A DNA stretch of 64,000 nt from Paraphysomonas bandaiensis (taxonomy: Eukaryota > Protista > Chrysophyceae), in contig CBFFRP010000395.1 in NCBI GenBank assembly GCA_965644295.1, positions 62,001 through 126,000 of the forward strand, written 5' to 3'. Below the pieces are notes generated by a model. The model saw only the letters and a program-made list of their open reading frames with translations, was not told the DNA's origin and ran no database searches. A program made the translations under genes and the position numbers. Positions 35,357 to 47,331 of the stretch are shown here, piece after piece. Position 1 is the stretch's first letter; every line of letters begins with the position of its first letter.

Positions 35357-37967
35357 TTAATACATCGGCGGGAACGACGATACCGCGGCGACCTCTTCGA
35401 CCTGTTAAAGTCATTACATAAAGGTATCATGTAAAGCACGATCACTTACGGTCTGCCCATTTATTGAGTAGGATATTTTGAGTTTGAGCTTGATTGTGCT
35501 TTCACCCTGGGAGGAGTTGGTGAGTCGGATATCCTGAGTGACTTCCCCATTGCTATTCGGGGGGATAGTGGAGCTCGAAACAGGGTGAATTTCCAATTTC
35601 AAGAATTTAGGAACAGCTGCCTATAGAGAGGTCAAAAGAATACATGCATGCACTGAGAACAGGTACCTGCACTACTAGGTTGGACATGGGAGACTGTGTC
35701 TGGTTTGCGAATTTGCATAGCAGGTTTGTTACAGCAGGGTTGCTTGGGTTGGGTTTGGAGCACTCTATCACAATCTGAAGGCCGTTCTTGTTGAAAGCAT
35801 TCACAATCGGGTTCGTCGGCTGTGGTGGTGCCGCAGGGGGTGAAAATGACTGCTGCTGGGACTGAGCAGGAGCCGCGGGCACAGCCCCGAGTGAGAAAAT
35901 GTCAGACATGAAGTCATTAGTCGGCTGAGGAGCTGCCCCGCCGTTCGTGTTGTTGAACCCATTTGATGTCTGAGCAGCGGGAGCCGGGGCACCTCCACCA
36001 AATATGCTGTCGAGATCCAACAAATCTCCGCCCGAGGATGGGGCGGGGGCACTAACAGGATTCAGCAGGGACCCACCAGAGGGGTTGCTAGCTGGTGCTG
36101 ATAGGGTCTTATTTGGACTGGCAGCGCCAGCACGGGTAGGCATCAAATCACCAACAGAGTCATCATCCATTACAGCACGGCGCTTCTTGATTGTGGCCTC
36201 ATCAAGAACAGGCATTTTATCCAAGAGCTCGCCCCGGATACCATCCCATCTAGATGTCAATAATGTGGAGTATTCAGCTCCGCGCTGCTGTAGTTCAAGG
36301 ACCATCGAGCTCTTGAAAGAGCTTAGAATGCCTTGAATAGTACCGCGCATTCCTGGGGACACACGCACAGACAACTTCAACAAAGCATTCAGGATGAAAG
36401 CCTTGGTGGTGACTTCAGCGTTGTGGATGCGCAGACAGCTATCCAGGAAAGACACCACGGTCGCCTCAGGTACGGCGGGGAAGGTCTGATCCCCTTCAGT
36501 GCAAGATCGCACGAGCATCTCCCCGTACTCGCCAATGCACCATATACCGACGTGTACAAGAGTCAGCTGGGAAGTGTCCGATTGCAGGTTGGCAAATAGC
36601 CGGTGCACAGCGTAGGCTTGTAGAGAGCCGGACTGGGCAATGAATATGATAGCAGTACGGGGAATAGAGTCATCACACTGATTACCAGCCAAAGATAACA
36701 TTGTGATGATGGTATCGACACGCCATTTCTTATCCGGTGAGAACTTCTCAACAACCTCCATAAGACGAGACACAATGCTGGCCTTATGTTCGCTGTGCGC
36801 AACCACGAGATAATTGAGAAGCTCGGCGGTCAAAGCAACCACATTTTGCTCATTCACTAGCTGATAGATGAGTTCCAACGCTCGCTGTCTGATTGATATG
36901 TCAGAGTCCTTTAGACAATCAACGATGGTGGAACGGTGTCTCTGCACTGCTGCGATGTCCTCGCTCACAACACGGGATAGAGTGTTGAGTGCAACATATC
37001 GAATATTGTTATCGCGGTTCAAAAGGAAGCGACCGAGAATATTCACAGCAAGCACACGCAAGCCAGAGTCACTATGCACGTCCATGATGGTTACAACACA
37101 CTCATAAAGGATAGCATTGCCAGCGGTCTTAGCAGTCTCAGTGTTGGTGGCCACCTGCGCAAGAACATCGTTCATATGGTCGGAGGCTTCTTCATTGCCC
37201 TTGCCCAGGTACCGCAAAAGGCGGAGAAGCTTTACTTGCAAGAATGGATCCGTGATGCCCCCTACATCGTGCTCCGGAGAGTAGCCCATAGAAATAAAGT
37301 TGCGAAGCAATCTCACGAGAGAAGGGACTAAACGTCTGTACTCTTCCGCCATTTCTGGTGCAATTTCAATAACTTCGGTCATCAATTGTATGCCTGTGAT
37401 TAACACCCCGTGCGATCTATCCTTCAGCAGACCAACAATTCTCTCTGACATGTGTTCTATTAAATCAGGCTCACGCTTAAGTAGACGTATCGTTGCAAGT
37501 GCAGCTTTCTTTCGTAAATAGGAGTTATTAGCCCGCAACAATTTCTCAACATCCGATGCCAAATCACGTGCCATATCTTGTGTTGATAAATTCCCAATAG
37601 CAATCAAAGATAATGCAACAATATACTGATTCGAATTGGTCAAATCAACTTTAAGTGAATTAGTAACAAGTGTTAATACTTCCGCATGTTCAGTAAGTAA
37701 TAAGGTTAGTCCAAGATATCCAATACGTTTTTCTGGAAATGATTGTGCTGATATCAATTTTAAACATTCCATTTGACCAAAATGTGTAGGATATCCTAAC
37801 ATATGAATATACATTAATTTAGCCACATTTCTATGACGAAATGTTTCATTTTCTTCTTTAATTGCTGTACGTATTAATGCACATTCTTTGGATATAACAG
37901 CCCGTTCTTCTGCTGCTGTTTTACATGCACGTACAGCACGAATTAAATCACGTAATTTAATTGACAT
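35357..37967 (-). CDS. AP1G1: AP-1 complex gamma adaptin, 3 exons
   Basis: MSIKLRDLIRAVRACKTAAEERAVI; LGYPTHFGQMECLKL; PEHDVGGITDPFLQV; NRDNNIRYVAL; spliced GAE ear (AAVPKFLKLEI..VTQDIRLTN..SSFPPMY*). Confidence 0.97.
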
Positions 37968-38284
37968 AATGAAAAAATTTTATTATGAATTATATGAATA
38001 TGTTGACTATATATGTATGTATAGATTGCAGATTAGACTACAAGCATTTGATAGTGTTGTGAATGAGATATACATATATATGCAAATCCTGTACATACAA
38101 GTGAAGTGGATGTATGTATGTATGTATGTATGATGGAGAGGGTGTGTATGAGAGGGTTCAATTGGGTGTATTTTTTCATTATTATGATAAAAAAATCTTG
38201 AAAAGGCACACATTACAATAACTCATTTTCATGCAGTTACGAAAGGAATACAGAGACTACGGTTTGTGTGATATACCTACTTGT

Positions 38285-38858
38285 ACCTACCTACCTACAT
38301 GCATACATACATACATACATACATACATACATACATACATACATACATACATACATACATACATACATACATACCTACATACATACATACATACATACAT
38401 ACATACATACATACATACATACATACATACATACATACATACATACATACATACATACATACATACATACATACATACATACATACATACATACATACCT
38501 ACATACATACATACATACATACATACATACATACATACATACATACATACATACATACATACATACATACATACATACATACATACATACATACATACAT
38601 ACATACATACATACATACATACATACATACATACATACATACATACATACATACATACATACATACATACATACATACATACATACATACATACATACAT
38701 ACATACATACATACATACATACATACATACATACATACATACATACATACATACATACATACATACATACATACATACATACATACATACATACATACAT
38801 ACATACATACATACATACATACATACATACATACATACATACATACATACATACATAC
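38285..38858. repeat. (CATA)n microsatellite, ~570 bp, between divergent AP1G1 and the DUF4485 gene
   Basis: Direct observation. Confidence 0.98.
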
Positions 38859-39143
38859 AATAAAATTGGCGATTATTAGGTAGGGTGTATGGTATACCTA
38901 TAGCCTATAGCCTATAGCGTACATGTATGTACAGTGTATCATCAGATCACTGATTCCACTGCTGTAAGTACATGTATGTATCATCTAATCATATCATATC
39001 CACCATATCCTCTCCCTCATACATCATATTACTCCAATCAATCATTACATTCTTAACAATCTTCACTATTGAACTCTTCTGATATACCTCACAATTACAA
39101 GAATATGATCTGATTTATAGTGACATATACACATACACTGAAG

Positions 39144-41698
39144 ATGTCTTCAATTCGATTAGAATATACATTTTTATGTTGTTTAAAAGAAATTGAGTTA
39201 CGTTATACATCTCTATCAAAGCCACTTCGCTTAAGGTATATGTCAGATATACTGACTGTATATGTAACTCCTCATATGTATCTATAGATATACTGACTGT
39301 ATATGTAACTCCTCGTATGTGTCTATAGATATACTGACTGTATATGTAACTCCTCGTATGTATCTATTGATGTGCTAACTGTATATGTAACTCCTCGTAT
39401 GTGTCTATAGATATACTGACTCTATATGTAACTCCTCGTATGTATCTATTGATGTGCTAACTGTGCTGCTGTAGAGTTGAAAAATGGATCGAAAAGTTTT
39501 TAACTGTGGATAACAATGTGGTGTGGGTAAAAGAAAGGAATATGTATGCGAGACTACTTCTTGATACGGTGTTCAAAGCTGTGTCGGAGAGTGCGAAATG
39601 GTTTCCAGAGCCTTTTAATATATTACCACCAGATGGTCCATTGCCGGCTTTTCCCACTCACCTCAAATTGAAGCTTAAGAATACCATCGGCACCCATGAG
39701 AGCTATTTTTGGAGAGATTTATACGACCGTTTGATCCCACCTGCGGATGAGCCGTCTAATGCTGAGCTTAAGTTCCAACTGGAGGAAAAGGAACGCGCTC
39801 ATCTAGAATTGCAGAATAGGCTTTCTCTCCTCGAATGTACACTTAAGAAAATAAGTGTGGGGGCCGATCTTGACGAATCAATCGAATCTAAGGGTAATTT
39901 TGCAGAACAGTCTGCATGGTTGGATACTACCATGAATCTGTACGAAGAATACAAGAAACTCTATGACAGTTTGGACTCGAGGGTGCAACTAGCAGAACTG
40001 CTAAATCCTGATGATGTCAGTTTCGTGTCAGACAAGATACAGGTGAATCGTTTGCAATCCCGTCAACGAGAGGGTGTTATTCGCGAGCTGACCGCCCGTC
40101 TGGAGGAGGCAGGTCGTACACTGGAGGAGGAGGTAGCAGCGCGGGGTGCTGAGTACCGTGAGACCATCGACTACCTACAGTTTAAAATTGGGGCCGCTGA
40201 GCAGGAGCGAGACGATGCATTAAAACGGCTAGAAAAAGAATGTAATGAAAATATATCTCTGCGGAAGGAAATAGAGGATAATACCCGCAGCATTAAACAG
40301 CAGTGCGATGAAATCGAGGATCTACAGCGTGTGCTGCGGGCTGTTGATAGTGAACGTGCGGAAGCGATAAGTTGTTGTGAGCTTCTGGCCTCCGAATTTA
40401 AGGACGCACAAGCTCGTAGTGAAAAGTTGTCCGCTCAAGCAAACGAGAACACTGATAAAATAGCAACACTAGAAGAGAAATTGCGTGTCTCCGAGGTAGA
40501 GCTTGCGGAGACGAGGCGTGAGGTCGCTGATCGAGAGCGGAATGGTGCGTCGCTAAGGAATCAATGTGACGAACTGTGTGGGACGGTGGAGCGGCTGGTG
40601 GAAGAGAATAAGCAGTTGCATGCAACTGTGATGGATCTTAAAAGTGAAGCTAACGTGACTGCAAGTCGCTGTGGGGATCTTGAGGAGGAAAAAGCTGTAC
40701 TCATCAGCAGATACGAAGAACTCGTGAGTGAATTGGAGGTTAAAGAGCAGGCGTTCTGTACTCAGCTACGCAGTACTGAGACTGCAAAGGAAGAACTCTT
40801 CAGTCGTAACTGCAAACTTATGCGCGGGATTGAAGAGAGTCAAGGACATTTAAGAGAGATGGAGATAAAGCTGAAAAGAGAAAGTGGCGAGAAGGAGGAG
40901 TTAGAGAATGAGGTTGCGTCGCTGAAACGAGACGTGGGTCGTTTGGAAGTAGATATTAAGCGAGTTGTTTCACTTGGAGAAAATAAAGCATCAATGATAA
41001 ATGACTTGGAAAGAAAAGTTGAGCACCAAGAAGCTGAGATCACAGACTTAAGACGTGAAGCAACTCTATTGAAGGGCGATGTTTCCACTCTTGAGAACGA
41101 GGTTGATGATCTTGTGTCGCAGGGAAGAACAAAGAACAGTCGCATTCACGAGCTAGAGGCGAAATTGAAACGTGCTGAGGTAGAGGCCTCGGAAATGAGA
41201 CGGGAAACAGCACTTTTGAAGGGTCAGAAGCATGCATTAGAAGAAGAAGTTAAACGGTTGTTCAGTGCTGGTGAGGTCAAGAATAGCCATGTACGAGATC
41301 TGGAGTCTGCGGTACAGCATGCAGAGAGGGAGAAAACTGTGCTTCGACATGAAATCTGCAGTTTGATGGATCAGATCGATGCGATGCGGGACGATACTAG
41401 CCGACTGATGTCACTGAGAGATACCAAGGATAATACAATTGGTTCACTGGAGCGTAGCTTAGACACAGCAATAGAGGAAAGGGAACAGATCGAAGTTGAC
41501 AATAAACATCTGCGTGCTGATATTAATCGATTGGAGGATATTAACCAGAAGTTAAAGAGTGATTTATCTCTCTCGAAACATCGGGAGCAATTACTTCTCG
41601 AAGAAATGCATCGAATCAAAGGAGCGAAGGATAATGCCGCGCGTTATACGGAGGACTTGTTGGTGTATGTTTTGGATAAAATGGACATTCCAGGATAA
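39144..41698 (+). CDS. DUF4485 (CEP112 N-terminal-like) domain + long coiled coil; exons 39144-39235 and 39475-41698
   Basis: Spliced RLRVEKWIEKF...WVKERNMYARLLL..EPFNILPPDGPLP matches the DUF4485 pattern; heptad-rich remainder. Confidence 0.75.
39246..39465. repeat. 41-bp tandem repeat (about 5 copies) filling intron 1
   Basis: GATATACTGACTGTATATGTAACTCCTCRTATGTRTCTATA recurs at 39246, 39287 and onward. Confidence 0.9.
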
Positions 41699-43230
41699 CT
41701 GCAGAAATCTGAATTACAGTCTTTGTGACTGACTATGTTTGTGGTGTAGCAGCTGTGTAGTTACTGATCACTTACGTAACTCGCTCTTGTGCTGTCAGGA
41801 CTAAAATATATATTCCCAGTCGCAATTCGAACATTATCGAGAAGTAGGTTAAATTATTAGCTTGTTTTCTACTCATCTGTTCAATATAGCACTAGTAATG
41901 ACATCGCATTATATTAACTTTGACCTGTCTGACTTGATCGTTCTGTAATATGTAGTTATATGCGAGTACAATTTATGACTAAGTTTATAACTAAAATTGA
42001 CTAGGTTGAGTCATTTGTTACTTTGACTACACGTATTTATACCAAAAATAGTGTGAGTAGGTTATTCAACTAATTTGACTAGGTTGAATAATACTTCCCA
42101 AGAATTCCAAGCTTTTATAGTCGTGAAAATTTTGTTTCTACAATATAATACTCTTTAAGAATCAGAACTAAATTAGCATTGCAATTTAATATATAGTGTT
42201 ACTAAGTTGTTACTAAGTGTGAATAGAAGTAAGTGTTACTAAGTAACTAACTAGTCCTGAACTCTGATATCCTACTATTTAATTAACGCTGCGAAAGCTG
42301 CTTGTGCGTCACCGCTAGCGCCAAGGTACACTCACTTTAGCTCTATCGCCAAAATCAAACGCAGCGAGCAAGTGAGCAAGCAGAATGTTGCTATACCTGA
42401 CGTCTGCTGACTGAACTCAGGTGAGTCCTTATGGTGAACAGCCCGGATGCTTGACCTCAGCAAAGTTTTTGAGGTGGGCCCATTCCCGGAAACCTGTTTA
42501 TTCGTCTTCAAGAGGAGGAGCAGACGACTGTGCGTTTGTTGTTTCTGATGAATTGTGGGATCATCTCAGAGAGGTTTATTATCTCAGAAGATACTCAGAG
42601 AGAAATATCTCCGGTACTCTTATCCCCCAGAACCATGAAAAGGTGCGAGTCCGACTCTGGTGGGGGATAAACTTTAATCTTTAGTATACTAGAGTTCTAT
42701 TGAGATGCTGTTTAATTGTTTCGGATACTCTTCAATTATTTCGTTTTTCTTGCAAGATAATCAATCTAGTCTCAAACACTTTCTTTAGCTGTAGTAGTAG
42801 TTATCAGAAATCGACATGTTTGGATGATATAGCTTAACTTTAACTGAACGTAATATACACTCAATGCTTGAAATATAAATGTTGATCAATCTCAATCTCA
42901 CGTATCCATTTTCAATTGCTAAATTCATGTTTTCTTAACTACCAATCATTTTATACGATCTTATCTCTAATATAGACACATCTTATATTCCAGCTTCGCT
43001 ACTATTATTCCTATCATCTCAGCCAATAGCTAATAGCTCATTTAATACTGTTAATCGCTACTGTATTCTTCATGTAGCGGTCAAGAAAGAACTACAGCTT
43101 TTAATTTCTCTCAAACAGTAAAACTCAACAGTAATATATATGACTACAGTGGTTGGGAAACTAAAAAATGCACTGCATGACTAATATTTTATGGTTAATA
43201 ATTCGAGTAAATCCTAACTACTTTTCATTA

Positions 43231-46200
43231 CTATATCGAAGTTTTTTCTTCGATACTTTTGGTATTCTCTAACGCATCTCGAAAACCCTTTACACTTTCA
43301 GGGCAGCTTAAATTCAATTCAGGAATAGTCAAGTTTGTACTCTTATCGTGTACTCGCAATGTTCCAGTTGAGTGATTCACGCAGGACGCAGTCATTTGGA
43401 ATTTAACCGTCGGAGAAACGCTGACGTCTATACTAACATCGTTGCACGACCACACTTGCGCCCATATAGTTCCATCGTTACTGATGTCACTAGAGTAAAA
43501 ATGACGACAGATCATTGCAGTGAAAGCTAACAGTGGCATAGTAGACAAACACGCCAATTCTAGGTGCTTCACACTGTCAAATACTTGCCCATTCAGAGTT
43601 ATATCTTCCAACACACATCGAAATAAGTCACAAACAAAATTTCGATAAAAGTCTTCACACGAAGGCGGAATATCTACGGCGGTATACGAATGCAACGACA
43701 GAAACGAAAACGTTAGCGGGTCGCTCAAATGAAAGCAGTTCGGAGAAAACAACACCGAGACTGTGTGGGGATTACACGATCCCCCAGAGTTAATATCTCC
43801 ATAAAGTTTAAATGAAACAGAAGTACAAAGATATCCAGCTTTCAAAGTAAAGCACCCACTTGTATTCTCAACGTTTCTGGTATCCGTCACGCTACCACCT
43901 ACGCAATTTATGTATGACTTGAGCTGACCCCATACCTGCACAATATTCATTGCTATAGTCAGAACACCCCTGATAGGGGTACCAACATGGCATGATTTCA
44001 ATGAAATAGCCTCGATAAATATATCCTGAAGAGTGTTCATATATACGGTGATCCTGGTATCATCGTCTTCATAAACAGCAAAACTATTCGACACATTCGT
44101 TTCATCCGTTCTAGTTTTCGAAAGAAATGCATCAATCGAGCACTCATCATCTTTTTTCAAGAGTAGAAGAGAACACTTTTGCAAAGAACATAAGCAAGCA
44201 ACTGCCTTAGGTGAATCCCCCTTTTCTTCATTAGTTTCATTCAGAATGTTGTATACGGCCATAAACTGCAGATCAGATTCTTGTACAGGATAGACTGGCT
44301 CCTTGTTAAGTTGTACTATACCTGCCACTGCATGTCGAACAGATTCACGTAGAGTGAGGGCAATGCATTTTTTTTTCCATTCTGCAATACAAACAGAGAC
44401 ATCATGATCACACTGGAAATCATCCACCGATGATATGCACTCTGAGTACAATAAAGATGGTACACCAAGAGCACCAACTCTATCACCACTATCAGATTCG
44501 GAAATGCAAAAGTCGCACTTCAAATTTAAAAACTCTGACACATAGAGAGCAAAGTACGTAGATATCCCACTGCTGTGCTTGTGAAACGAACTACCATTCG
44601 ACACAGTCACGTTCATGCGCGGCCTCTTTTTCTGTGGTCCTGTGCTAATATCGTTCCCCGTGATTTCGTCCGAGGGTGGATTGAAATCTTTCCAGGAAAA
44701 TATCGGAAACAAGACGCCAACCTGCCTTTCAGGGAAGAGCCTTGTGAACCACAATGTATTAGGAGCGCAGCACAACTGAGTGGAAAACATCTTTATCCAG
44801 TCAGCGAGGAACATATGCGCCAACAAAGGACCAACGGTATCGAGGTCCTTCACACGAGAGGAAAGTGTCCCACTCTCGCCATTAATAGTACTTCCCCCAG
44901 CAAGTCCATCGAATGCAAGAACATCGACACCAAGCAGTGCACCATTCAACTCATTCTGCGTGGCCTCGCATGCAGTCTTCGCTGTGTCTATGTAGGCACA
45001 AGGTTAGCAACAGATGTGCTGGCGAAAAACAATATCGCACCTCCCAAGACGCCACAAAGGGCAAAAGACAGCACAACTACAGACCCATTCCTGGAATCAA
45101 CAGCAATTGTAACTTCCGTTGAGGATAATGTCAAAAGTATCCTGGACTCATCATCCGAAAGAGTGAGCCGCAAACCCTAGATAAAATTATTCAACCCAGA
45201 AATTTATACACAATCAAGCTCACCTTCAGTCGGGCAGATACAATGAGGTGGTTATTTGTCAGCATATGTTCTAAGCATCTAATTTTTTTCTGACAACACG
45301 CAAGTTGTGCCGAATCGAGAAGTGCATTAAAAGTTACGCCCTCAAAAACGAAACTATCACTAGCTAGTTTGAGGAAATGTCCAGTTGTGGTATGCTTGGA
45401 TTCACTGACCGCAGACACCACAGACATAGCATCGTCTACAGAAGCTGATGATGGCGCAGCAATTTGCGTGCGCCCTGAGCTACGAAGGGACTGTTGTAGT
45501 GTTTGCACCAACACATTAAGACCGCTGTGATCTCCGATTCTGTCATCAACGGAGAGATCTCTGGATAGAGATACTACAAGTTCGAATTGGTACTCTCGGC
45601 CACTGCAGTAGATGAGTCTAAATTATGGGTACGGATGATAGAAAAAACCTGTCGTTCTCGTCTACATCATCTGGAAGCTCGACGGACCTCTTCTCTGGTT
45701 CTTTCCGCCGCCAGAAACGGCAAGTCATAGTTGTGGCATCGTCTTTGTCTTCGTAAAATGCTTCGGCTGTCCATCGTCGAGTAGTACGTACCACGTCCAG
45801 AGCCTGTACGTAAAGCAGCCGCAGACATGCGCCTAAACTAGCATGATAGCACAGTCTGCAAGAAACGTAACTTGATAATAGTCAATCATATATTGCATAA
45901 AGTACCTAGACATTGTGCGCAATGGACTTGGACACTGTGCAGATACTAATCGATCCAGAAGTTCACGTAATTGATAGTTCAGCTGTACAGTGTTTATCTC
46001 CGCCTCTAACCCCTCATTTGGATGATTATGCACAAGAACTCTGACATCAATTATTTTCCATAATGCACTAGGATCATTCATATGAGATAAGGATAGATCA
46101 ACTTCAAACATATGTGGAACTCCAACAGTCAATATACCATCATTCAACACAGCATTATGTAAACCCTCTGGAATAGATTCTTCTGTTAATATTTTAGATC

Positions 46201-46681
46201 GTATCATTAAATCTAATCTTGAAGAAACTTCAGTATTATCAATTAATTTTGGAGTTGATTTCTTTCGACATAAAAATATTGATGTTGGAAGATGATCATA
46301 TCCACCACTCCATATAATATCACGTGCAGATATAATTGGTATCATATTTAAACGTTTTCCATATAAACTTTGATGTAAATAAAAGATTTTATCTAATTTA
46401 CAATTTAAACGATTATTTTGATTTGTGATATCAATTAATAAATTTGATGTATTATGTAAATATTTTTGTACATGATTTTCATTTAACCATAATAATATAG
46501 AATATAATTGTATAAATCTTTTTTTATTTTTTTTTATTAATATATTTAATTTTTCTGTACGTAATTCAGATGATTGGGATGACATGGCATGGATAGTTAA
46601 TTGAATTTCTTCATATGATTTTAATGCAATTTTTTGAAGAAAATCACCAAGTGTGATAGTATCAAGACGATGTGTTGTCAT
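43231..46681 (-). CDS. MED14: Mediator subunit MED14 (N-terminal Med14 domain), multi-exon
   Basis: ITLGDFLQKIALKSYEEIQL..RFIQLYSILLW..LH.SL..R...II.ARDII.SGGYDHLPT..V...FEVDLSL..W pattern; downstream exons linked by GT-AG introns. C-terminal extent less certain. Confidence 0.75.
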
Positions 46682-47331
46682 TAGTATAATAAGAGAATAA
46701 TAAGAATAAGAATATAATTGTTTGTGTTGTATATATATTGAAATATATTGCAATGTATGTATTGCTTGTTAATATGCATACAACACTGTGTCTGTGTAGG
46801 GGTAGCATAAGTATATAGTATGCATGTATACTATACGTGGACATCATGCCACATACCTCTATAGAATACTGTATATAGCTGTATAGCAGAACATACATGC
46901 ATAGATATGTCTATGTATAGTGTACAGCAGTATATAGTAGGAATACATACAGCAGCAGTACATACTCTATAAAAATGTTGTATATAGTCGAAAAGCTAAT
47001 ACAGAAAATTGTGAAGTTATTATGAAAATTCCATATTTTTCTCACAGAGATATAGAAAAAACTCGATTTCCTCCATACATTGAACTTGCTTTACCTCATA
47101 CATACCACTGTATATTCAAGTTGAAATTCCTCACTCTATATAAAAGCGTACATATGGATACCACTTTGGACTGTACACTCTACTATACACCACAATCCTA
47201 TACGTCAACTACACTCTACAAGATCCCATACCTTCTACATCTCACTATCTATACATATATATATATAACCATCATATATATCTTAATAGAAGGTATTATC
47301 ACATAAACTATACATAGATAGATATATTCAT

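Noticed and set aside
42544-42610. Hammerhead ribozyme core (CTGATGA..GAAA)
   Set aside because: Could not form stems I-III with the required geometry
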